A stretch of DNA of 64,000 bases from Escherichia coli (lineage in GTDB: Bacteria; Pseudomonadota; Gammaproteobacteria; Enterobacterales; Enterobacteriaceae): NCBI RefSeq assembly GCF_003018115.1, contig NZ_CP027457.1, one strand, 5' to 3'. The notes under the pieces are model-generated. The model was not told the DNA's origin and ran no database searches. It worked only from the letters and a program-made list of their open reading frames with translations. The translations under genes and the position numbers were made by a program. This document shows positions 54,203 to 64,000 of this stretch, piece by piece; positions within the stretch are counted from its first letter, which is position 1, and each line of letters starts with the position of its first letter.

Positions 54203-55486
54203 GTGAACACATTTTCAGTTTCCCGTCTGGCGCTGGCATTGGCTTTTGGCGTGACGCTGACCGCCTGTAGCTCAACACCACCCGATCAACGTCCTTCTGA
54301 TCAAACTGCGCCTGGTACCTCTTCTCGCCCGATTCTGTCGGCAAAAGAAGCGCAGAATTTCGATGCTCAACACTATTATGCATCCCTGACACCAGGTGCT
54401 GCAGCGTGGAATCCGTCCCCGATAACCCTGCCTGCGCAACCTGACTTTGTTGTCGGCCCGGCGGGTACTCAAGGTGTAACGCATACCACGATTCAGGCGG
54501 CGGTAGATGCGGCAATTATCAAGCGCACCAACAAGCGCCAGTATATTGCCGTGATGCCTGGTGAGTATCAGGGAACGGTGTATGTCCCTGCTGCTCCAGG
54601 TGGAATTACTCTGTACGGTACAGGTGAAAAACCGATTGATGTGAAGATTGGGCTTTCCCTTGATGGGGGCATGAGCCCTGCCGACTGGCGTCACGACGTC
54701 AACCCGCGCGGCAAATATATGCCAGGTAAACCAGCGTGGTATATGTACGATAGCTGCCAGCGCAAACGCAGCGACAGTATCGGTGTTCTGTGTTCTGCGG
54801 TCTTCTGGTCACAAAACAATGGCCTGCAACTGCAAAATCTGACCATCGAAAACACGCTGGGCGATAGCGTAGATGCAGGTAACCATCCGGCGGTGGCACT
54901 GCGTACTGACGGTGACCAGGTACAGATTAACAACGTTAACATTCTCGGTCGTCAGAACACCTTCTTTGTCACCAACAGCGGTGTGCAGAACCGTCTGGAA
55001 ACGAATCGTCAGCCGCGTACGCTGGTGACCAACAGCTACATTGAAGGGGATGTGGATATCGTTTCTGGTCGCGGCGCAGTGGTGTTCGATAACACCGAAT
55101 TCCGCGTGGTGAACTCACGTACTCAGCAAGAAGCGTATGTGTTTGCACCGGCTACGCTGTCCAACATCTATTACGGTTTCCTCGCCGTAAACAGCCGTTT
55201 CAATGCTTCCGGTGATGGCGTGGCGCAACTGGGCCGCTCGCTGGATGTTGATGCCAATACCAACGGTCAGGTGGTGATCCGTGATAGCGCCATCAACGAA
55301 GGTTTTAACACGGTTAAACCGTGGGGCGATGCGGTGATCTCTAATCGTCCGTTTGCGGGTAATACCGGCAGCGTTGACGATAGCGACGAAATACAGCGCA
55401 ATCTGAATGACACTAACTACAACCGCATGTGGGAATACAATAACCGCGGCGTGGGTAGCAAAGTGGTTGCAGAGGCGAAGAAGTAA
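54203..55486 (+). CDS. ybhC: Pectinesterase-like outer membrane lipoprotein YbhC
   Basis: 427 aa; signal peptide plus lipobox LTAC; right-handed beta-helix-like repeats. Confidence 0.85.
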   Translation: MNTFSVSRLALALAFGVTLTACSSTPPDQRPSDQTAPGTSSRPILSAKEAQNFDAQHYYASLTPGAAAWNPSPITLPAQPDFVVGPAGTQGVTHTTIQAAVDAAIIKRTNKRQYIAVMPGEYQGTVYVPAAPGGITLYGTGEKPIDVKIGLSLDGGMSPADWRHDVNPRGKYMPGKPAWYMYDSCQRKRSDSIGVLCSAVFWSQNNGLQLQNLTIENTLGDSVDAGNHPAVALRTDGDQVQINNVNILGRQNTFFVTNSGVQNRLETNRQPRTLVTNSYIEGDVDIVSGRGAVVFDNTEFRVVNSRTQQEAYVFAPATLSNIYYGFLAVNSRFNASGDGVAQLGRSLDVDANTNGQVVIRDSAINEGFNTVKPWGDAVISNRPFAGNTGSVDDSDEIQRNLNDTNYNRMWEYNNRGVGSKVVAEAKK

Positions 55487-55499
55487 GAGCTATTAACTA

Positions 55500-55620
<121 letters not shown>

Positions 55621-55626
55621 CGCTTT

Positions 55627-57888
55627 TTACATCTGACGGTTTTTATTGAAGTTAATCAAACTACCCGCCTTGATAATCTCGCGCTCTTCAGCAGTCAGAC
55701 TTTCCATATAGAGCGTAATTTCCGTTACCGGCGCATCTTCATGGATCACATAACCTTTAAACGTCGTACCCGGATTATCCAGCGCCGCTTTAATGCCAGG
55801 GATGTAAATGTAATCCCCCACTTCAAAGGTTGGCACTTCCGCCATTTGCAGCGGTAACATCCCCCAGTTGATGACGTTAGAACGATAGCGTTTAGTCGCG
55901 TACTCCTCGGCAATATTCGCCAGACCGCCAATCACACGCTGGCAGCTCGCCGCCTGTTCACGCGCAGAACCATCGCCTGGTTTCACCGCATAGACCATGC
56001 TGCCAATTTCAGTTTGCAGCGGATCAATATGCTCCTGACCAGCAATCTGCTTAATGCGCGCAAACACCTCTGTCAGCTCGCTGACATTCCCCGCCAGACG
56101 CTGATTTTCCAGCTCAGCAGTCGCTTTACTTCTGCCAACATAACCGGGATCGCGGCGAGACAGGGTAAACTCCGCCAGACCAATCGGATTTGAACGATAA
56201 GAAGAGGTTTCACCGGAAGGGATCAGTTCGTCGGTGGTGGTCACTTCGTCGAGGATCTTCGAGCACACTTTGAGGACGATATTGTCAGTCAGCGCACCTA
56301 ATTCCGGCCAGTCTTTAATGTTCGGTCCGTAAATCAGCGGTTGCTGAGTTGCCCCTTTCACAAAGCCCTGATAAACACGGTTTTTATACGGCGTTACATC
56401 GAAGGCGTACTCCGGCACGTTGTCCCAGCAATCGAGTTCGCTGGCAGAAGTTAAATAGCCACCGTTTCCCGCAGTCGCAGCGATAGAACGAGCGTCCATC
56501 AACGCCACCGCTGACATCTGCCCATTAGCTGGCTTAGAGCCTTCGCGGTTCGGGAAGTTACGCGTGGTGTGGCGAATACTTAAACCGTTGTTGATTGGCG
56601 TATCGCCCGCGCCAAAGCATGGGCCGCAGAACGCGGTTCTGATGATTGCGCCTGCGCCAATCAAATCTGCTACCACACCTTTTTTGGCGAGATCCATAAA
56701 CACCGGCTGTGATGACGGGTAAACCGCCAGCGAGAAGGTGTCATTGCCACAGGATTGACCGCGCAGTGCATTCGCCGCCGCGATGACGTTTTCGTAGTTA
56801 CCGCCAGAACAGCCCGCGATAATCCCCTGCTGCACTTTCAGGCGACCATTTTCCACTTTATCCAGCAGCGAGAGTTTGGCTTTACCGTGCGCCACGCGCT
56901 CGGACTCAATTTCAATCTCACGTAGAATGTCGGTCAGGTTCTGGTTCAGCGTGTCGATTTCATACACGTTGCTCGGGTGGAACGGCAGCGCAATCATTGG
57001 TTTGATGGCGCTTAAATCAACGCTGATGCAGCCATCGTAGTACGCCATCGGTTGAGGGTTAAGCTGGCAGTAATCCTGGCCGCGACCGTGCAGCGCCAGC
57101 CAGTTATGCACTTCTTCATCGGTTTGCCAGACAGAACTTAAACAGGTCGTTTCAGTGGTCATAACGTCAACACTGTTACGGAAATCGGTAGAGAGCGCAG
57201 CAATACCGGGACCTACGAATTCCATCACTTTGTTTTTGACGTAGCCGTTTTTGAACACGGCACCGATGATAGCCAGCGCCACATCCTGCGGCCCCACATA
57301 CGGCGCTGGTTTTCCGGTCAGATGCACCGCAACAACTCCCGGATAGTCGATATCCCAGGTGTCATTAAGCAATTGTTTTACCAACTCGCCGCCGCCCTCA
57401 CCGACTGCCATTGTCCCTAATGCACCGTAACGGGTGTGACTGTCTGACCCGAGGATCATTTTGCCGCCACCTGCCATCATCTCACGCATATATTGATGGA
57501 TGACCGCAATATGCGGAGGCACAAAAATACCGCCATAACGCTGAGCCGCCGATAAACCAAAAACATGGTCATCACCGTTAATGGTGCCGCCGACGGCGCA
57601 AAGTGAGTTATGGCAGTTGGTCAGCACATACGGCAGCGGGAAACGTTCCATACCGGACGCTTTAGCGGTCTGTACTATACCAACAAAGGTAATATCGTGA
57701 GAGGCTAATGAATCAAACTTAATTTTAAGTTTATCCATATTTCCGGACGTATTATGAGAAGAGAGAATAGACCAGGCAATAGTGCCTTTTTTGGCTTCTT
57801 CTTTTTTAATTTCGCCGGTGAAATGTTCTTCGGCAATTATTTCGTTATTACTGGCGAGAAACACGCCTTTTTCAGATAACTTGATCAT
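55627..57888 (-). CDS. ybhJ: Aconitase-family hydratase YbhJ
   Basis: About 753 aa, aconitase-like; position between ybhI and ybhC. Confidence 0.8.
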   Translation of the reverse strand: MIKLSEKGVFLASNNEIIAEEHFTGEIKKEEAKKGTIAWSILSSHNTSGNMDKLKIKFDSLASHDITFVGIVQTAKASGMERFPLPYVLTNCHNSLCAVGGTINGDDHVFGLSAAQRYGGIFVPPHIAVIHQYMREMMAGGGKMILGSDSHTRYGALGTMAVGEGGGELVKQLLNDTWDIDYPGVVAVHLTGKPAPYVGPQDVALAIIGAVFKNGYVKNKVMEFVGPGIAALSTDFRNSVDVMTTETTCLSSVWQTDEEVHNWLALHGRGQDYCQLNPQPMAYYDGCISVDLSAIKPMIALPFHPSNVYEIDTLNQNLTDILREIEIESERVAHGKAKLSLLDKVENGRLKVQQGIIAGCSGGNYENVIAAANALRGQSCGNDTFSLAVYPSSQPVFMDLAKKGVVADLIGAGAIIRTAFCGPCFGAGDTPINNGLSIRHTTRNFPNREGSKPANGQMSAVALMDARSIAATAGNGGYLTSASELDCWDNVPEYAFDVTPYKNRVYQGFVKGATQQPLIYGPNIKDWPELGALTDNIVLKVCSKILDEVTTTDELIPSGETSSYRSNPIGLAEFTLSRRDPGYVGRSKATAELENQRLAGNVSELTEVFARIKQIAGQEHIDPLQTEIGSMVYAVKPGDGSAREQAASCQRVIGGLANIAEEYATKRYRSNVINWGMLPLQMAEVPTFEVGDYIYIPGIKAALDNPGTTFKGYVIHEDAPVTEITLYMESLTAEEREIIKAGSLINFNKNRQM

Positions 57889-58070
57889 TAAATGCTCCAG
57901 ATATCTGCGCACCGTGAAGTGCGCAAAAAGATAATAAATGGATATACTCTAAATAATTCGAGTTGCAGGAAGGCGACAAGCGAGTGAATCCCCAGGAGCT
58001 TACATAAGTAAGTGACTGGGGTGAGCGAACGCAGACTCAGCACATGCAACTTGAAGTATGACGAGTATAT

Positions 58071-59504
58071 TTACAGCATGTTCCAGCCGATCAGCATATT
58101 CCACCACCACACTCCGAGGGTGATATGCACCAGGAAGGTTAATATCGTCAGTACCGCACCGACCAACCACCAGGATTTAATATCGTTATAACCCACGCCA
58201 AAGATGACCGGACCTGCCGCGCCGCCATAGTGAGTAACCATGCCGCCATAGGAGTTGGAGAACAACAGTGCCAGCGCGGTTAACATTAACGGTGCGCCGG
58301 AGACGTTCGCCAGCATGGCAAATACCGGTAACATAGCAACGATATAGGCACTACCGGAAGCGAAGAAATAACGCACGATGATGCTGAGGAAAATAATAAC
58401 GAAGAAAGCAACGTTACCGTGACCATCAAATGCCAGGTTATTTTTAAAGACTTCAGCTAACCATTCGAAAAATTTAACTTTCGATAATAAGGAGCTTAAG
58501 CCGATAATACCGCCGTACCAGATTAAGGTATTCCAGCCGCCTTTATTTTTAACCACGTCTTCCCAGGTAACGATACCCAGCAGCAGCATAGTCGCCATAA
58601 CAACGATTGCCACGGTGGATTCATCAACCCCCAGAGACTTACTGAAAATCCAGCCCAGCAGCGCCAGCACAAAGACACCGAGCAGCATTTTTTCGCGGAT
58701 TTTCATCGGTCCCAGTTCGGCAAGGCCCGCTTTAGCGATGGTTTTGTTATCCACCTTCTTAATTTCTGGTGGATACATGGTGTAAATCACCAGCGGGGTG
58801 ACCAGCAGCATAATGATGCCCGGCAATCCGGCGGCCAGCGCCCATCCACCCCAGCTAATTTGCAGGTGCAGAATGTCGTTGATCATTTTCAGCGCCAGAA
58901 TGTTCCCCGCCATTGCGGTAAAGAACATATAGCTGGTGGTTTTGGTGACCATGTAAATGGACATCATCAGGTAATGTCCGACACGACGCGGACTTTTTTC
59001 CGGTTCGGACCCCAAAGCCACCGCCACGCTGTTGATGATCGGTAACACAATGCCGCCCGCACGCGCGGTGTTAGACGGTGTTGCCGGAGCCAGTACCAGA
59101 TCGAGGAATACCGTAACGTAACCCAGACCCAGCGTGGTGTTACCGATTTTACCAATCAGCAGATAGGCAATACGTTTACCTAAACCGGTGGTCACAAATG
59201 CGGCGCTTAAGGTAAACGCCGAGAACACCAGCCAGGTAGTACCTGAAGAGTAACCGCTTAATACGGCGGTGGTTTTAAACGCACCGTCGGATAAGTTACC
59301 GACCACCACCATGGAGGCAGCAACGGCAATTAACAGTACGACAGGTTCCGGGAAAGGCTTGATAACCAGCCCCACAATGGCCGCCAGGTAAATACCAAAA
59401 AGCACCCACGCCAGTTCGCTTAATCCTGCCGGAGCTGGCATAAAGCCAATAATACATGGGATCGCTAATATGAGAATTAGCTTCCATAACGATTTCTTAT
59501 TCAT
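58071..59504 (-). CDS. ybhI: DASS-family anion:sodium symporter YbhI
   Basis: 477-aa polytopic membrane protein. Confidence 0.8.
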   Translation of the reverse strand: MNKKSLWKLILILAIPCIIGFMPAPAGLSELAWVLFGIYLAAIVGLVIKPFPEPVVLLIAVAASMVVVGNLSDGAFKTTAVLSGYSSGTTWLVFSAFTLSAAFVTTGLGKRIAYLLIGKIGNTTLGLGYVTVFLDLVLAPATPSNTARAGGIVLPIINSVAVALGSEPEKSPRRVGHYLMMSIYMVTKTTSYMFFTAMAGNILALKMINDILHLQISWGGWALAAGLPGIIMLLVTPLVIYTMYPPEIKKVDNKTIAKAGLAELGPMKIREKMLLGVFVLALLGWIFSKSLGVDESTVAIVVMATMLLLGIVTWEDVVKNKGGWNTLIWYGGIIGLSSLLSKVKFFEWLAEVFKNNLAFDGHGNVAFFVIIFLSIIVRYFFASGSAYIVAMLPVFAMLANVSGAPLMLTALALLFSNSYGGMVTHYGGAAGPVIFGVGYNDIKSWWLVGAVLTILTFLVHITLGVWWWNMLIGWNML

Positions 59505-59579
59505 TTAAAATCCTGTTCTTTCTGTATGACTCATACAGAAGTCCTTTATTGATTGTCCTTATCCTGACAACGAATCTTT

Positions 59580-60632
59580 TCAGGGAAGATAAACTTCACC
59601 GGAAAATATTTTTCTGGTCGTCCGAATAACAGATGCGCGTAACGTCGTGGCATCCTGACCTTCATTAGTTAAATGAACGTCGAGCGCACCACTGGGGTGT
59701 TCAATATTGATATTGCCATATCCTACAGAAGGGATGATTTGTCGGGTGACGGTGCCTTCCAATGCACAACTACTGGAAATAGCAATAGCACCGGTTATCG
59801 CCAACGCGCGATGGCAAGAATGCGGCATAAAATAACGCACATTAATTGCCCCGCCTTTCTGCGCTGGAGAAATAAGCACAGGTTTAGGGATAACCATATT
59901 ACTGACATCACCTAAGCCCATTGCTTTACCCGCTTGTAGACGGATAGATTCAATGCGGGCTAATAATGCTTTGTCGGCATCCAGTTCCGCCGGTAATTCA
60001 TAGCCTGTTTTTCCCAGATATTCAGCCGGAATAATGACGACTGGCATCGCCATATCGATACAGGTCACCGGGACATCGTCAAAATAATCAATCTGATTAT
60101 CAGTCGGGAAAACTTTTCCGGTTTTGGTTCCAGCGGCATTCAGGAAAGTGAGCGCAACCGGTGCGGCAGTACCCGGTACGCCGTCAATTCTGGCGCTACC
60201 CTCGTACTCGACAACACCATTTGGCGTTTGCACATCAGCTTCGATGAACGTACCCGTATTGACGTTGCGGATACGTACACGGGTAACTGGCGAAGTCGCT
60301 GCAATCAAACCATTTTCAATGGCGAATGCGCCAACGCCAGACAGCATATTGCCGCAGTTAGGCGTGGTATCGACACGTTGCTCATGGACGATAACTTGAG
60401 CAAACAGATAATCAACATCAGCACGCGGATCGCTGGAACGGCTAATAATGGCGACTTTACTAGTCAGCGGATTACCGCCGCCAATACCGTCAATTTCCAG
60501 ATCGTTACCGGAACCCATAATTGCCATCAATATTTTATCGCGCTGCGTTTGATCTTCGGGTAAATGTTCCGCTAACAGGAACGCGCCCCTCGAGGTTCCA
60601 CCTCGCATCATCACGCAGGGTATTTTTTTCAT
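59580..60632 (-). CDS. ybhH: PrpF/AcnD-accessory family isomerase YbhH
   Basis: 350-aa translation MKKIPCVMMRGGTSRGAFLLAEHLPEDQTQRDKILMAIMGSGN... Confidence 0.8.
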   Translation of the reverse strand: MKKIPCVMMRGGTSRGAFLLAEHLPEDQTQRDKILMAIMGSGNDLEIDGIGGGNPLTSKVAIISRSSDPRADVDYLFAQVIVHEQRVDTTPNCGNMLSGVGAFAIENGLIAATSPVTRVRIRNVNTGTFIEADVQTPNGVVEYEGSARIDGVPGTAAPVALTFLNAAGTKTGKVFPTDNQIDYFDDVPVTCIDMAMPVVIIPAEYLGKTGYELPAELDADKALLARIESIRLQAGKAMGLGDVSNMVIPKPVLISPAQKGGAINVRYFMPHSCHRALAITGAIAISSSCALEGTVTRQIIPSVGYGNINIEHPSGALDVHLTNEGQDATTLRASVIRTTRKIFSGEVYLP

Positions 60633-60815
60633 AATAATGCCCTCAATTTAAAAACATAACTTATTGCGATATGGTTACATTAAGGACAAAGCATCTCTAA
60701 TGACTTTAGCTCAACGATTAATAACATTTTTTCATTAATTTAAGTTGGCTAAATGCAGTTAAAATTTTTAACGACCAGCCACCCAAAATCGTCGCTTCCA
60801 TTTTCCGGAGTAATA

Positions 60816-61769
60816 ATGAAGCATGAATTATCAAGTATGAAGGCATTTGTCATACTGGCAGAGTCCAGTTCATTTAACAATGCCGCTAAATTACTCAACA
60901 TTACGCAACCTGCATTAACGCGAAGAATAAAAAAGATGGAGGAAGATTTACATATTCAACTATTTGAGCGTACAACTCGCAAGGTTACGTTAACAAAAGC
61001 AGGAAAAAGGTTGCTCCCGGAGGCGCGGGAATTAATAAAGAAATTCGATGAAACGCTTTTTAATATTCGTGATATGAATGCTTATCATCGTGGTATGGTG
61101 ACGTTAGCGTGTATTCCGACCGCAGTATTTTATTTTTTACCGCTGGCAATCGGTAAATTTAATGAGCTGTATCCCAATATTAAAGTGCGGATTCTGGAAC
61201 AAGGCACGAATAATTGCATGGAATCGGTGCTATGTAACGAATCAGACTTTGGCATAAACATGAACAACGTCACAAATTCATCCATTGATTTTAGCCCACT
61301 GGTCAACGAGCCGTTCGTGCTGGCCTGTCGGCGTGACCATCCATTGGCCAAAAAGCAGCTTGTAGAATGGCAGGAGTTAGTGGGTTACAAAATGATTGGC
61401 GTACGCTCCTCCAGCGGCAACCGACTGTTGATAGAACAACAGCTAGCCGACAAGCCCTGGAAGCTGGACTGGTTTTACGAAGTGCGTCATCTTTCGACGT
61501 CATTAGGACTGGTGGAGGCAGGACTGGGGATTTCAGCGCTTCCTGGTCTGGCAATGCCCCATGCGCCCTATTCTTCGATTATTGGTATCCCACTGGTGGA
61601 ACCCGTTATACGTCGGACATTGGGGATTATTCGCCGCAAAGATGCCGTGCTTTCTCCGGCAGCTGAACGCTTTTTTGCCTTGCTGATTAATTTGTGGACT
61701 GACGATAAAGACAATTTGTGGACCAATATCGTCGAACGCCAGAGACATGCGTTACAGGAGATAGGTTAA
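60816..61769 (+). CDS. ybhD: LysR-family transcriptional regulator YbhD
   Basis: 317 aa from MKHELSSMKAFVILAESSSFNNAAKLLNITQPALTRRIKKMEEDL (HTH). Confidence 0.85.
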   Translation: MKHELSSMKAFVILAESSSFNNAAKLLNITQPALTRRIKKMEEDLHIQLFERTTRKVTLTKAGKRLLPEARELIKKFDETLFNIRDMNAYHRGMVTLACIPTAVFYFLPLAIGKFNELYPNIKVRILEQGTNNCMESVLCNESDFGINMNNVTNSSIDFSPLVNEPFVLACRRDHPLAKKQLVEWQELVGYKMIGVRSSSGNRLLIEQQLADKPWKLDWFYEVRHLSTSLGLVEAGLGISALPGLAMPHAPYSSIIGIPLVEPVIRRTLGIIRRKDAVLSPAAERFFALLINLWTDDKDNLWTNIVERQRHALQEIG

Positions 61770-61809
61770 TACACCGGCGCAGGAGAGACTGCGCCGGGTA
61801 AATCAGCGG

Positions 61810-62841
<1,032 letters not shown>

Positions 62842-62959
62842 CTAAAATTAGTCGCTTTTGGCGGTGAATGCTGAATTAAAACGCAGAATTTTGTCCGATA
62901 GTGGTATCGGTGTACCATTCGCGCAGACGAAAATTCTTAACCTTAATCTGGAATACGCC

Positions 62960-63778
62960 ATGACCACACGCGTGATTGCTCTCGACTTAGACGGCACCTT
63001 ATTGACCCCGAAAAAGACCCTGCTTCCTTCATCGATAGAAGCCCTGGCCCGTGCTCGCGAAGCAGGCTATCGATTAATCATCGTCACAGGTCGCCATCAC
63101 GTCGCTATTCATCCTTTTTATCAGGCGCTGGCGCTGGATACACCTGCTATTTGCTGTAATGGCACCTATTTGTATGATTATCATGCAAAAACCGTGCTGG
63201 AAGCGGACCCAATGCCCGTTAATAAAGCCCTGCAACTCATTGAGATGCTGAATGAACACCACATTCACGGTCTGATGTATGTGGATGATGCAATGGTCTA
63301 TGAGCACCCGACCGGGCATGTCATTCGCACGTCTAACTGGGCGCAAACCCTGCCGCCGGAACAGCGTCCGACTTTCACACAAGTCGCTTCTCTGGCTGAA
63401 ACGGCGCAACAAGTTAACGCCGTATGGAAGTTCGCCCTGACGCACGATGACCTGCCGCAATTGCAGCATTTTGGTAAGCATGTCGAACATGAACTGGGAC
63501 TGGAGTGTGAATGGTCCTGGCACGATCAGGTTGATATTGCACGCGGCGGCAACAGCAAAGGTAAACGTTTGACGAAATGGGTTGAGGCGCAAGGCTGGTC
63601 GATGGAAAACGTCGTGGCGTTCGGCGATAACTTTAATGATATCAGTATGCTGGAAGCCGCTGGTACAGGCGTGGCGATGGGCAACGCCGATGACGCGGTA
63701 AAAGCGCGCGCCAACATTGTGATTGGTGATAACACCACCGACAGCATTGCCCAGTTCATTTATAGCCACCTGATTTAA
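62960..63778 (+). CDS. ybhA: HAD-family phosphatase YbhA (Cof-type)
   Basis: 272 aa from MTTRVIALDLDGTLLTPKK (HAD motif I DLDGT). Confidence 0.88.
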   Translation: MTTRVIALDLDGTLLTPKKTLLPSSIEALARAREAGYRLIIVTGRHHVAIHPFYQALALDTPAICCNGTYLYDYHAKTVLEADPMPVNKALQLIEMLNEHHIHGLMYVDDAMVYEHPTGHVIRTSNWAQTLPPEQRPTFTQVASLAETAQQVNAVWKFALTHDDLPQLQHFGKHVEHELGLECEWSWHDQVDIARGGNSKGKRLTKWVEAQGWSMENVVAFGDNFNDISMLEAAGTGVAMGNADDAVKARANIVIGDNTTDSIAQFIYSHLI

Positions 63779-64000
63779 TCAGGCGGTTATCGACACACTT
63801 TTAATTTGCGCGTACAGCCACAGGCCAGGTTTGATCGCCAGTTCATCCCTGGCCCACGGGCTGATACGCGCCCACAGCGTTTTACCGCCGACTTCCAGTT
63901 CCACTTCCACCTGGCCGTTGTCGTCATAACTATTAACAACTTTTGCCCGCAATACGTTACGAATGCTGGTTTGCTGCGGCGGTTGTAAAACCAGAGAAAC
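63779..64000 (-). CDS. modC: Molybdate ABC transporter ATPase ModC, C-terminal fragment (gene continues beyond the window)
   Basis: Hand-translated minus-strand C-terminus ...[13 protein letters not shown] followed by a stop at 63779-63781. Confidence 0.65.

Noticed and set aside
63074-63769. 231-aa minus-strand ORF
   Set aside because: Entirely antisense to ybhA, whose HAD motifs and length fit the known protein.

Overview
This window is the Escherichia coli moa-bio-attB(lambda)-ybh-pgl chromosomal region, shown in reverse orientation relative to the usual K-12 map, with a ~38.9 kb mosaic prophage inserted at the lambda attachment site between ybhB and ybhC. Host genes recognised from the translations: ybhN (partial), ybhL, moaEDCBA, ybhK, uvrB, bioDCFB, bioA, ybhB on the left; ybhC, ybhJ, ybhI, ybhH, ybhD, pgl, ybhA and a modC 3' fragment on the right. 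The prophage (about 15230-54156) is flanked by the 15-bp lambda att core and carries lambda-type int/xis, Q-pR'-6S-tR' and S-R-Rz/Rz1, a lambda-like nin region, and a lambdoid immunity region (cro, cI, cII, cIII, N) with its own operator specificity. Its replication genes (O-like initiator plus DnaB-type helicase) and whole virion module (terminase, portal, scaffold, coat, gp4/gp10/gp26, gp14, ejection proteins gp7/gp20/gp16, tailspike) are P22-like. The candidates most worth follow-up are cargo genes of unknown function: a small membrane protein co-transcribed with cI in the rex position, a lipoprotein in the sieA position beside an Mnt-like repressor, an extra ORF behind a terminator between coat and gp4, a chimeric tailspike paired with an O-antigen acetyltransferase, and a Lar-like restriction-alleviation gene. 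An AT-rich 1.1 kb segment between ybhN and ybhL also looks strain-specific. All calls are from reading the translations and sequence motifs by eye; no database search was run, and start codons are approximate because the ORF track uses alternative starts.
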